64,000 bases of DNA, taken from contig CM022669.1 of assembly GCA_012295275.1 (NCBI GenBank), positions 12,772,001-12,836,000 of the forward strand, written 5' to 3'. The first letter of the stretch is position 1, and every line of letters starts with the position of its first letter. The position numbers were made by a program, and so were the translations under genes. The stretch comes from Chrysomallon squamiferum (lineage: Eukaryota > Animalia > Mollusca). Under the pieces are notes generated by a model. That model saw only the letters and a program-made list of their open reading frames with translations. It had not been told where the DNA came from and searched no databases. Of the stretch, positions 1-13,923 are shown in pieces.

Positions 1-54
1 ACACAAAACTCCCCCGAGGGATCTGCGAGGTGCCGCTGTTGTAACACTGTTCTC

Positions 55-120
55 ATGAATCGGAACCTTATCTACAAATATTTTGACTGCCAAATGGTGT
101 TAAATTCCCAGTTAGGATAA
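55..120 (+). promoter_or_regulatory. Candidate uORF MNRNLIYKYFDCQMVLNSQLG*, stop overlapping the main ATG (TAATG)
   Basis: ATG at 55, second in-frame ATG at 94, TAA at 118-120, main ATG at 120-122. Its presence in the mRNA is unproven. Confidence 0.45.
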
Positions 121-228
121 TGGATATATACCTTCTGGGGCGGATACCGTGCAGTGTGCTTTTTTCCGTCCTTCGGACTCAAAGTCACCTGTTACCGTTG
201 TTGTATCTTCTGTGGTTTGGAATAGCGG
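120..228 (+). CDS. Coding exon 1: signal peptide MDIYLLGRIPCSVLFSVLRTQSHLLPLLYLLWFGIA
   Basis: ATG at 120 and hydrophobic LLPLLYLLWFGIA. Strong donor G|GTAAGT at 229, phase 1. It joins exon 2 to give ...GIADC|RDT, a plausible A-x-C signal peptidase site. The link across 37 kb is inferred from phase and protein logic. Confidence 0.8.
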
Positions 229-320
229 GTAAGTCGTTATTTAATACTAAAGTGTTGTTGAATGTGTCATTAAAACAAAACATTTATTTATTTATTACTT
301 TAACGCTATCTAGAATAATC

Positions 321-398
<78 letters not shown>

Positions 399-793
399 TC
401 TCTTTCTCTAACTCAAAAACAAACAAGATAAGTAAATAAATATATAAAGAATGAATAATATAAACCGAAACTCCCACAAAACGAAGAAAAAAAAAGAAAA
501 AAAAAAGCCAGTTCTAACACAGAGAAAGAGAAGAAAGTAGAAAAATACATTACATAACCATATCTTTAGATGATAAAGATGATTTTAGATGGTAATCAGT
601 TCCGCTTTTGCGCAGCCAGGGAAAAGTAAAATTATCGTGCTTATAACGTCCTTGAGATACACAAGGCATACAAGATCATGTAAAGCTACATTTATCAAGA
701 TCTAGATCCACGCCTTCCTTGTATAAATAGTAGTTTTGCACTTGAATCTGCACTTGTCAGTTTTCACGAAAACGCCCGATCTCCTAACGAACG

Positions 794-849
794 TGACGTC
801 AAATAACAATTTTTCCAGTCCATATTTTAGAACAATGCTTATGACGTCA
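794..849. promoter_or_regulatory. Two full CRE palindromes (TGACGTCA) in proximal intron 1
   Basis: Exact TGACGTCA at 794-801 and 842-849; function untested. Confidence 0.35.
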
Positions 850-2184
850 CAAGCTGACAATCTATGTTTATTTGGATCAATAAGGGTATTTACTTTTTTT
901 CTGTGAGCCGAGTTAAGGTAAGATATTTACAATTTCAATAATAATAATTTATAGATTTACTTTTGCTCGTAGAGGAAACGTATTTTAACAGCTGCAGTTT
1001 CCTGTGCTCATCCTATAACCAATATATATTCCACGTGCATAACTCTATGCTCACTCAGTTATGAAAAGTAATGCAGTTTTAGAAAATTCCGATTATGTAA
1101 TGTTTTCCGGTTTTAAACCTGCATTTATTTTCGCATTCCACAAAATATTTAGAACATATCTTGTAATTTATGTAACAACAACAACAATAATAGTAAAAAA
1201 TAATGATGACAATGACGATAATAGCACCACCACCACCACCACAACCACCACAACAACAATAACAACAACAACAACAACAACAACTACAACAACCACGACA
1301 ATAACCCGTTCAACTGCTTGATAATTCTAACCTAACAGCTGACGACACATAATCAATACACCATTAAGACAAATCATTATTATTATTATTTTTTTTTTTT
1401 CTCTCTCTCTCCAAGATTCTAATTCAGTCTCAACGAAACAAGACATTGTTCTGGGTAATTCGTAATACATTACGTTTTGGCTCATTAACCTCTGTTCTGT
1501 TGGACACGTACATCCAATTTCAATTACTGCCAACAGGTAACTGTTATGTAACCCTCGGATCTTTCATTCACCCCCAAGCGACAGCTCCACCCGATCAATC
1601 ATCCGTTCAGACGATTCGACGTCTCGTTAGTGTTTATACGGATCATTAACAGATAAAGGAGACAGCGGTGATGTAAGAAATGAAAGATTTCTGGGAATTA
1701 TTTCTATCACATGCAACAGAAATGTGGTAATAAAATTTAAAAAAATAGAAATAAAAATAAAAAATAAAAAATAAAAAATGAAAAAAGAGAAGAAAATCAT
1801 TATTTTCTCTACAGGTCATCGGCGAATCGATAAATGAATCATTATGTTTAAATCCACTCATTGATTTATTTAATATACACGTATGGAAAACCTGATGGCG
1901 TGGTGTAATGTAAATAATTAAATCGCGGTTATGTCGTCGTCATCGCTGTTTGAGACTGACGTGTCTTTGTTTGACTGTCTGTGTGTTTGTGTATCTTGAC
2001 CTCGTGTTCTTTTGTGTCAGTTCATTGCTAAACCATTCCATGCAGTTAACTGTAAAATTTAATTTATTTACATGCATTAATAATAATAATAATAACAGCA
2101 ATAATAAGAATGACCTAAACATAAAACAAATTAAAATAAAATAAGGTAAAATAAAATAAATAAAATTAAAATAAAATAAACAAA

Positions 2185-2215
<31 letters not shown>

Positions 2216-2756
2216 CAAAAACAAAACTAAACTAAAAATCTAGGAAAAAAATGTAAGAAAGACAATAAACACATTTGAAACGTTATATACTCCAAGTTCT
2301 CACTTTTTATATAAGGCAATAAATAATACGGTGAATCAGAAAATCTCTAATGATAACCCACGCATTCCTCTATATTATTTTATTAAATTTAGTCTTTTAC
2401 TTGCATTTTTAGAATTCAGATATTTCTGGTTAAGGCGTAAGAGAAGATATTCAATAATCTCTTTTACTTTATCCCTGTTAGAATAAAGCAAATTGCTTTC
2501 AGCATATTTAGCTTTGTCTAATAAAGCTTGAATCTACAGTCCACTGCATCTCTGTCTGTCTGCCTGTCTGTATATCTCTCTATATGCTTATCTGTTTATA
2601 TGTATTTTTCTGTATATTTATGTGTGTGTGTGTGTGTGTATGGACATTTTGTGCTTATATCTATATACACAGATATACAGATAGACAGACGTGTGTGTGT
2701 TTGTGCGTGTCTAAATATATGTATATACACACACACACTCACACACACAATAAGTG

Positions 2757-3061
<305 letters not shown>

Positions 3062-3517
3062 TAATATAAGAGAAAAGGCGAGCAAAGCGGAACAGAGCAG
3101 TAACTAAATATCCCCTCGCACTGTTTGGCTACAGTGTTTTCTGTACAAATCACGTTTGCTTTTACGAGAACTGTAATAGGAAGAGAATGACCAGACGATT
3201 TCTGACAGCTTTCAGAAAAAGAGAAAAGCGACTTCGGTAAAGGGTGAAGCGTATATGTTTACTTGTGGTTTTAGTTCTTCAGATTGCCCCGGTAATTTTC
3301 CTTTTCTTTTGCCGTCTATTCACAAAATCAATAGCGTCTTGTTCACACATCCATTAAGGAAAGCGAGAGTGATGATCGGCTAAGTAAGTGGATTTTCTTA
3401 GATAACTAAGCGCATCACTTTCTGAGGGATATAGAACAGTCTTAGTGCTGTGGAACCTGCAGTTTGTTTTCCATACATCCGTCTCTGGATGCATCTGTTC
3501 CCTCCAATATTTTTGTC

Positions 3518-3573
<56 letters not shown>

Positions 3574-4504
3574 TGATGATGATGATGATGGTAGTGGTGG
3601 TAATGGTGATGGTGATGATTACAACGATAATGATATGATTATATGTACATAACGTCGATGATGATGGAAAAAATTCTGAAAAAGAACTCGACCAAATCCC
3701 CAAGAAAACAAAATACCTTAAACTACAGCAGCAGCAGTAACAACAACAACAACAACAACAACAACAAAACAATAAAACACCCACAAACAACAACAACAAC
3801 AACAAAAAATAGCAAAAAGCAACCAAAAAAAAACAAATCAAAGAAAACCCCAGAAAATAAATAGACAAATAAACAAACTCCCATACCAAACCCTTCCACA
3901 AACAAAATGATCTAATAAAATTACGAAGTGAGAAATAAGATACTTAAAATAATCTGCATGGACAAAACAGCGTTATAAAAAGTGGTTCATTTCTGCATTC
4001 AGCCTATAAAACGCGTATTATTTTATCATTTCTTTCTTCATGAGATGATTTATAATACTGTCAATATGACACAACATTTAGATTAAACAATTTCACATTG
4101 TAGATGGTATTTTGACGGCAAATTAAGCCATCTCTTACGATGCTTTTAGAGAATTCGATTAATGGTTGGCACAAATCGATACATTTTCGGTGATAAATGT
4201 GATGTATATATTGTGTGTGTTTGTTTAAGAATGTATTTTAATATCTATAAGAATAATATGCATTTTATGATCAGAATTTAAGAATATAATTTAAGCTACT
4301 ACTAAGCAATGTTGCTGTTGTTTGTTATGCGATAACAGTTTCGCTTTAAAAAAAAACAAGTAAAAAAAAAAAAAAAACCACAATCAAACATGAATTCTTC
4401 ATATTCTAAGAAAAAAATGTGTGAAAAATATAAATAAATATAGTACAATTATTTGAAAAAAAAAAAGTAAAGTAAAATAAAAAAAAAATAATAATAAAAA
4501 AAGA

Positions 4505-4590
4505 TGTTTGATCAGTAAATAAGGATCGAACCCACAACCTTGGCTCGACATTCGACAATCAACATTTGTCACGGTCCATCTGGACACGAA
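4505..4590 (-). mobile_element. tRNA-derived SINE head or tRNA-like relic
   Basis: Minus strand reads gtgtccagatgg (A-box-like) ... ccaaggttgtgGGTTCGATCC (B-box; + strand 4523-4532) at tRNA-like spacing. No intact cloverleaf is evident. Confidence 0.45.
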
Positions 4591-5435
4591 GAAAGGCAGT
4601 GCACGCATTTGTTTCCTTTACGGCACGCTAGAACAGTTCCACTCCACTGCCAATTCTTCCTCGATAAAGGTTAAAGTGTATCGATCTAGTGATCGATCAA
4701 GACATACTCGGAATCCATGATGTCAGAGGTCAGGGAATATTTACTGGCAAATACAAATTTCTTCTCCAAAAATAGGCGAATTAGGATTCTTGACGTAGTA
4801 ATTTATCTAAACCGTGGCACTATCCGCAAAGAAAAACAATGGAAGTTCGTTTAATGAAAATAAGCAGCAAGACAGAAAACATGATAATCAACCGTAATGG
4901 ACATTTTGTGTTTTTCTTTTTTTCTCTTTAAAAGAACAGGTTCACGATTAAACTGTTATTTCATATAAATAAAATATATTTATTACATTAATGATTAACG
5001 TACAACAAACCAGTATTAAATGCAGTCCATAATAAAATAACAGGACAGTATTGACAATTCAATTAACTTGTCATTCAGTTATAATTACATTTAGAAGTGA
5101 AATACAGTTAATAAGCTGTTTTGTTTGGACAGATTTGCTACACGCATTTACATCACGTTACCGGCGTGATTAACTTATATAATGGAAATGTATATATATA
5201 TCGTTCTCTGGACACGATATAATAATAATAATAATCTTAAGCTAAACGATAATTATAGGATTCTAGGAGGATAGAAAATTCATAAGCTTTCGTAGTTAAT
5301 TCTGTCTTTCCGTGCTCGTTTTGTAATTACCGTCATCATGTTACCATGAAATTCGCCATTATCAACTTTTCGCTATTATTGTTGATGTTGATAGCATTAT
5401 TACTGTTATTACTGTTACTATTGCCATAACTGTTG

Positions 5436-5479
<44 letters not shown>

Positions 5480-5645
5480 TCTGAATATAATTATCTTGCT
5501 TCAAAGTCAGTTATTCATTGAAAACATACTTTTGTTAAACATTCACAGATTTTCATCTACGGTTAATTCAGATATTTAATTATCCGTTCAAACCTGAGCT
5601 TTTGATTTCCACAGCAACGTATACTTTGATCTATGTTCATGTGTT

Positions 5646-5716
<71 letters not shown>

Positions 5717-5932
5717 CTGTATGGAATGTTTCTATATCTGAATATTTGTTTGTATTTAGAGATAAAATAGATAAATAAGACACACATACTTGTTTCTATA
5801 ATGATAATATTCACAGTATAAGTTTTTATTTTTATAGTATTTAACTTTGTAATGATGGAATCAAAAAAAAAAAAAAAAAAAAAAAAGAAAAGAAACTTGC
5901 TAAAATGCATCTATATAATATGACAACCAGAT

Positions 5933-6035
<103 letters not shown>

Positions 6036-6939
6036 ATACGGGGTATGCAGTAATGTATATATGTTTCCACACGAAAGGAAGAGGTTAAAGCCGATCACTA
6101 TGCATACATGTTTACACACACACAAATGTAACATGACTACACGGTGTACCTGCTCACTACAGAGATAAGGTATGTTTAATGGTATTTGCCTGTTTACACA
6201 GATCCGGCGGGAACTGTTTATTGGGTATGCCGAAATACCCATTGAGATTGGCGATATTTTATTACATGTACCTGTAGGAACGAGCGTCTGTAGGTAAACA
6301 AAAGCACTTGGCTTAAGCCTCCATTGATTCAGAGACGCTATCTACTATACACATTGTAAAGATATGCTGCTGATAACTAATGATATTGCTCTCGGAGTTA
6401 AGAATCAGCTCGTAAAAATTACAAGAAAACCGATATATCAGCCCGTTAGAAGAATTCGAAAAGTGATATATTGGAATATTGTAAATAACGGAATTTTGGT
6501 CCACTGCAAATATCTGAATGGTTTATTGTGAACATCGACAGAATCAAAGGCGATGTGCTGAAGAGAATTAACATGATTCCACAAATCTCTATTAACTGCA
6601 CTCGGAGAACTCGACTTAATTAAAATAATGTACACACTGCATATTTCATGTTACGTTTAGTCGTTATTAAAGACATAGGAGACCGTCTCACAGCATCACA
6701 AGTCAAATGTACTTCTTTCAGAACTGACAAGAAAGCTTTCACAAACAAACAGATTCAGAGGCATGAGAATGTCATGAGAGTCATAGCCTCAAAGACAGCA
6801 TTGACTGTATGTTTAAACGTTGACTTTGAAGAAAAATAAGTCACGTTGAGATGTACGAACAGCAGGGAATGTACGTCTGAATATTGGGATTAAGATATGA
6901 GAATATTTAATTTGTATGAAGGTGGTGTCTGCATACAAA

Positions 6940-7330
6940 TCTGAAGAAATTTTCGGAATAACTAAATCATACAAGTCTGGTTAGTGAGATCGTGGTCTGT
7001 AAGAAATGTCAGGATAACTAAATGCATGGCGCATCTAGCAAGTTTCTGTATAACGAATGTCTATAATATATGTTATCAGAAGTGTCTGATAAGTAAAATA
7101 AAAGTTTACGTCAAAATAACTAGATATATACTGTTTATAAGAAATGTCTGAATAGCGAAAATCTATAACGCAAATCATAAAAAAATTGTCTAATTTAAAT
7201 ACATTAAAGGCTATAAGAAGTTTCTAAACTATAAAGATTACATAGGATGTATAAGAATAGAAAAATTAAAGTTCAAAGAAATCTTAACAACAAAATACAC
7301 GTCTTAACTAAGAGATACAAGTTAAGGATA
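6940..7330. repeat. Degenerate tandem repeat, core aagaaatgtctgaataac
   Basis: Variants of the core recur every few tens of bp; heavily diverged. Confidence 0.5.
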
Positions 7331-9139
7331 ATAAACAGAGGTTGAATAAAGAATAATAATTCAGATGAAATGTCCCGATGGGAACAGAGAAGTCAAAAGA
7401 AAGTTTCTGAATAGATACGGCTTACAGAAAGTGTCTCCATAACGAAATAAAGGAAATGTTTGTATAATGATATACAACTGAAATTCTAAAGATTTCGGTA
7501 TTGAACACTGAAGTGTCTGACTAATGATATGCAATTGTGCATCGTTCCTCGTAGACAGCACTTAAATTACTTGACTAATAGTATTTCAGCCAATGACCTA
7601 TTAATAGGTATGTATCTCACTGGCATATTATTCCAACGTAAATAGGGATCTAACTTTACGGTACTTTATAAGCTATATGTCCATCATTAACCCTTCTTTC
7701 ATATTTTGCTAATAACCCCATTTTCAAAGTAGACAAAAATATAATTATTTTCATTGCGACTTCATGATGTAACTAAGCTCTAGCTGTAATAATTCATGCA
7801 TTCTGTTTCACGAAACCATCTGCGTAATTATACTGCTCATTACACAAACCACACGATCTGCATTACAGTAAATACAGTGCTTTGTCTAACGTTATTGTCG
7901 TATTTACGATCTATATATAATTTCTCATTTCTTTTTTCCTTGTTTTAATACATGTTGTTTTTGCCGTAACATCGCAAGTACGTGCAATTTTCATACATAT
8001 TCAGTATCTGCATAATTTGTGTTTTCTGTAGCAGTCGGTATACGTAAACCAGTTGTTATTCTGCATCGTACAGACGAAAGAGGCAGCTAAATTTCACGTT
8101 TTTCTGTGTGTGGCGGTTGAACACAGTGATAACCGTTACTTTGATGAAAACCACTGTACCGCCTGATACGCTGTTTTCCAAACTACAGTTTTATTTTAAC
8201 ATATTCTGCTGTGAAAACTTCCTGATTTAATTCAGCAAATCGGCAGCGATGGTAAACGTATGTCTGCATATTAATACGGCAGTCAGTTGTTCGATAAAAA
8301 GACAGTTAGCTGATAACGGATTGATGAATTTATTGACTGGTTTTGTCAGTGAAGAAATGAATTAAATGTAATTATGATAAGGAGAATAAACCACATCACG
8401 GTGGGGAAAAAAAAAAAAAGAAAAAAAAAGAAAAAGGAAAACAAAAGAAAACAATAAGAAACAAACAAGAACGAGACAAATAAATGAAAAAACGAAAATT
8501 TAACAAAAAATATAAAAGCTATAATAGAGATCCTAAATAATTTATATATATATTTTTTATGAAAATATATGAAAATGAATGTACGTATGTACGAAACAAT
8601 GAATCAACGAACGTACTACGAAAGAATGAATAAGTAAATAAATAAATAAAATAACAACCTAATCATAATACAATCATAATTTTACGCAAAAAAAATCTCC
8701 AAAAATCAATATCTTCAATACACACGGGCAAGATGTATCTTATAATTACCGTATATACTCGATTAGGTACTGAATTATTTAAACTCCGTACTCTGCAGCG
8801 CTAACTTATGATTACAGCGTGTCCACATTGCATCGGGAAGCCGTTGATTAATTTCTCAAACTTGGTCTCGGCTTTATAATTGGTTAATTTAGTGATTAAT
8901 ATGTCAAGCAAAGCGACTGACCAATCAGATGTGTGACGCACGATTACTGATTTATCGGTAGTTTAAGAAGAAATAAATTCAGCAGCGAGGAAATTAATGA
9001 AAAGATATCGAGAAATGATGCACACTGAGCCCGAACCTTCATTTCGCAAGTATTCCGCTTTGGCGTCGATTATCTTACAAAGTCGTAAGTTGTTCCTGCT
9101 CTGTGTGCCGTTACCCGACAGGTTTATTACGTTGGTGGG

Positions 9140-10110
9140 AATAATATTTAAAATCTGCATTAAATCATTATAAGGGCTTTAATTATAGATACCCGTATAA
9201 GAGAATAAGTGAAGGAATAATATTAAAAATCTTCGATGCAACGATTAGAGCGGTGTAATTGATAGTTACTTTATGGTATGTTTATGGTTTAAGAGAGACG
9301 TAAATGGCTAATATTAAAAATCTACGTGAAGGCGTTAGAAGAGTATAAATGATAGTAACCCATAGTCTTGTAATATAGCCGTAAAAGGCTATTACTGAAA
9401 ATAGGCATGCAACTGTTATAGACATCTGTATGTTTAAGGTGGAAGAGAGATATATATCGCTAATATCAAAAATCTGCTTGGAACAATTAGAAGAGTATAA
9501 AGGATAGTAACGCATGGTCTTCTAACAGAAATGTAAAGGGCTAATATTGAAAAATGTCATGCAGCTATTATAGATATCCGTATATATATGATGGAAGGGA
9601 ACTTTGAACGGTTGACATTAAAAATGTGCGTGAAGGCATTAGAAGGGTATAAATGATAGTAACCCTTAGTCTTATAATACGGATATAAAGGGCTAATACT
9701 GAAACTCTTTAAACAACTATTAGAATGCGTAAATGATAATAAGCTATATATTTATAATAGGGAAAATATAAAATGCTAATTTTAAAAATCTGCATGTAAT
9801 CTTTAGAAGAGCATAAATGATAGTAAACCACAGATGTATGATAAAATGAAGATGTTGAATGTCTAATATTGAATCTATGAAAGGAATCGTTAGTAGGACA
9901 CAGACGAAATTTGCGCCAACATTATGGTAGAGAGCGTTTGTGAAGGCCTGATATCGAAAATCTTCAAAAACGATAACATGGACGTAACTGAAAGCACCCA
10001 TAGATCTTATGTGTGATTATATATGTTGATATGAAGGGTTAATATTAAAAATCTGCCAGAAACTAACAGCATGTGTAAATGAAAGTTACCCATAGGTTTA
10101 TATGGGGTAA
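9140..10110. repeat. Degenerate satellite-like array, ~77-bp subunits in ~153-bp dimers
   Basis: A ggctaatattaaaaatct-like motif recurs at ~9217, 9307, 9386, 9459, 9538, 9611, 9691, 9774, 9862, 9946 and 10036. A tagaagagtataaatgatagtaacccatag-like motif recurs at ~9336, 9489, 9640 and 9804. Confidence 0.75.
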
Positions 10111-13100
10111 TGTTTTTTTTTCTTCTGTTTTTGCTTTTCTAAAGAGAAGGTCTGTTATTGGAAAATTTGTACGTAACGATTATATGGGCGTTAATCACAT
10201 CGCTCCGAAGAAGAACTATCAGTTTATTTAATCAAGTGAAAAACTGGGGAAGAAAAATAAGATCGCAGAAAAAAAAAAACGACATATTTCACGAGGGAAG
10301 CAGAAAGTTATCATTTTCATGTCAAAATGTCTTTCCAGATTTATGTTCATTGCAAAATAAGCATGCAGGAAGATCGTTTATTTTATTATTATGCTTTGAT
10401 GGAATATTTTTATAGAAGTTTCAGCTCGTTATTTGTGAGATGACCATATTTTCAACATCTTTATTTGCGAACTGTTCGTTCCTTCTGTTTTTTTTTTTTT
10501 TTTTGTTCATTCCTTTTTTTTTTATCACTGTTCTTTCATTGATGTATTTAATCTATTAATCTTTCATTGATGTATTTAATCTATTAATCTTTCATTGAGT
10601 TGCACGTTTCTTTTACATCCTTTGTTAATTTATTCAGCAGGTCTTTCATTGATTACTTCCCTTATCTTTAACTTATTTCATTCATGATTCGTTACTTTAT
10701 CGATTCCTCCATTCCAGAGACATTCGGATAGATAAATAAAGAAATAGACAGACTTAAAATGATATATATAAAAAATTAATATTTCTATTCTTGATAACTA
10801 AAAGAAGAAACATAATTTCATTTGTATAAAAAAAAAAAAAAAAAAAAATATCTTTTCACTTCCTTTCCATTTACTCCACTGAGGGAAGGTAATTTATTCA
10901 TTCTTCTGTTCGCTGTATCATAAAAATTCAAGCCTTATATTGCATCCAGTTTCTGGCTTTTCAGCTTAATCCAGAAATCGAAAGATATTATCGAATTCAT
11001 CAGGACTGATAAAAGTTCGATGCTTTTTATCGCTTTTGGGGGATTTTCATTTTCCTTGCATCTTTTTTAGTTGCTAGAAGAGAGAAACATGTGGTGTCTA
11101 CCGCTTAAATTTGTAAAGCATCAAGAACGAACGTGTCTGATCACAGACTCTCTTATTTAATAGTTTTCAATCAGGTCTGAATGGACTCACTTTTGAATTG
11201 TCTGAACCGTCCAAAATCGGATTCGTGTTTTTATCTGTGTAGTTTACAAACTGACACAAATCATACGGGTTAGCAGACGGAGTGAAAATGAAGCTTACGG
11301 AACGGAGCCAAACGAAACGAAACGAAACGTAACGAAAGTCGGCGAAAGGAAGCCAAGCAAAAACGGACTAGACCGAAAGAAAAAGAAAAAGAAAACTATA
11401 CGAAACGATTATATAAACGAAATGAAAAACAAACAAATGAAGATAAATGAAGGAAAAACAAAACAGAGCAAATGAAAAAAAAAACAAACAAACAATAAAT
11501 TTAAGAGAATTAAAACATTCTTTATAGTATTATAACTAATATTTATAAATGGGCAAGAAAGGCATTTCCTGTTTTTCCTTTTTAATATTATAAAAAAAGA
11601 TTTGTTTTAATTTCTGTACAGTATCTCTTTCAGTTAATATTTCTATAATGTCTGTAACACACGCACACACACACACATATATAAAATAAATGAAAATAAC
11701 GTGAAAAAGTTGTTTAATCTACATATAAACATACAGCAACGTGTATATATATACAAACACACTCATAAAGATAGACATACAAACATACACACAAATACAC
11801 ATGAAAAGACACGTTTACATCAACAAACAAAATGCAATCTTCTTAAACATCTTTTTTTGTAGGCTGCATCAGAGATTTCATTTCTGTTCATTTTTATTTT
11901 TATTTTTTATTTTTTTATAAATAAGTACCACAGCTTTCTGAACTATGCCAGTCCCAAAGACATCAATAAAATAGCAAAAGTTCTTCATCTATTTTTAATT
12001 TTTCCGAGTTCTTTTTTCAAAGGGCATCATAAAAAAAGTTCAATTTTGACATTAAAGGACGGTGAGGTTTCTCCCAGCAGTGGCTAGATGGAGACATTAC
12101 GAAGTATTCCATTTGATCGATACCTCATCTGTTTCCTTTACAAAGGTTTTACAGGCTCTAAGTCAACACGATCAGTTTCCATTATTTTTCTGTTAAAAAA
12201 AAATAAAAATAAAAAATGAAGAATATAGAATACAGCGTAAATTGATGTCACATAACTGTTTTGACTTGATGTTTTGACTGTATAATTTTTAAGATACAAC
12301 TCTTATGCCAATTTCAGATTTGAAGTCTAGAGAATACATTACGTCATTTGATTTTATGTACCAAAAACTAATGTCAGAAAGCTTTTGAAACTTATAATTT
12401 AAAAAATAAATAAAAAATAAAAATAAAAATAGAAGAAGTTGTCCAAATTAATTTAATATTGTTCCTGCTATCGAAGATGGTCTCAGAATATTTTTTTTTT
12501 TTTTTTTTTTTTTTTTGTAAAATTAAAAAAGTTTCAGTATTCATGACTCTAGAAAAAGATATTCTGATATTAAAACATGGCGTTTATGTTCGCAGATGAT
12601 GCCGATTATTTTAATCATTAGCTGCTCAATGTACAAGATCTAGTTCAAACTACAGAAGACACTTCCAGAATTTTTTTTAATTTTAATTTTAATTTTTTTT
12701 ATAATGGAATATCTTCGTCTATAGAATGCATTATCATTTTCGTATTGATATACAAGATTTTTCCCGTAACATAGATTCGCTGCCAAAAATTATCGACGTA
12801 AATTCGAATATTTTCAGAATTCAAGATACAAAGACGAAGTTATCTCATTTGTTTCTGTGTGGGAGATTGTTTTCGTGCCATCGAAGACATTTCCAGATAA
12901 TGTTTTTGTATACTAGAATAGTTCACATGGCCCACCGAGAAACTAATCGAATCCTGCATCCCCGGAATTTATTTCAAAACACCATGAAATTCAGTTACTC
13001 CGCGATGAGATTGCGCACTCTTTGAAATGCTCAAAGTCTCAGCTACCTGTTCAAAGAACTGCATTGTTTTCTCATGCAATAGCGCATTTCATTTCTCTGT

Positions 13101-13389
13101 GGGTATTACACGGCGCAAATAGGTTTCTGAATTGAATCACGATGGATTTCGATACGTTGTTGATACTGAAAATACAAGTTTATTAAACAGGTCAGTGCGA
13201 ATGCATTTTCCCAATAGGACAGAGGTGCTGGCTTGAAATAGGAATGTAATGAAGCCAAAGTGAACAAATCACTCGAGGGAAAAGAAGGGAACATTTGCTT
13301 AATGATACGTCAGAAGGGACATTAAAACATGCCTTTTTCGTGTCAGAAGTGTTTGTAAAGAAATCACTTGATCTGGATATATATATACA

Positions 13390-13845
13390 GCATATTGTAT
13401 TTTAATGTACAATGATGTAGTATTTTAATGTCTACTAGTACAGAATATTAATGTATACTGAAATAGTAAATTAATGGATGCTGGTATAGTACATTAATGT
13501 GTACTGATATAGTACGTTAACTGTATTACGATATAGTGCATTAATGTACACTGCTTTAGTACACTGATATATGCTGATGTAGTATATTAATGCATACTGA
13601 TATAGTACATTAATGTATAGTGATATAGAACATTAATGTCTACTGATGTAGTATATTAATATATTCTCATATACAACATTAATATATACAGTTGAGTACA
13701 CTGATGTATACTGATGTAGTATATTAATATATACTGGTCACAATGCATCAAATATTAATATATTTATTCAACATTAATATAAAGTTGCAATGATTATACT
13801 AATGTAGTATATTAATATATACTGGTCACAATGCATCAAATACTA
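13390..13845. repeat. 23-bp minisatellite (tgatatagtacattaatgtatac) with palindromic core
   Basis: Many diverged tandem copies, plus an exact ~41-bp duplication at ~13714 and ~13802. Confidence 0.85.
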
Positions 13846-13880
13846 GATTTATTCCTCAAAGCTGCAATTATTATGCAAAC

Positions 13881-13923
<43 letters not shown>

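Noticed and set aside
1416-1536. Possible cassette exon (ccaag|...CAG|gtaact)
   Set aside because: 121 nt, frameshifting, with an in-frame TAA after exon 1 and a weak AAG acceptor; at most a poison or pseudo-exon.
6202-6293. Possible cassette exon (acacag|...TAG|gtaaac)
   Set aside because: 92 nt, with a stop codon in the frame set by exon 1 and no recognisable protein.
13390-13845. Regularly repeated, partly palindromic units resembling a CRISPR array
   Set aside because: Tandem units without unique spacers, eukaryotic intronic context and no cas genes; the same holds for the other arrays.
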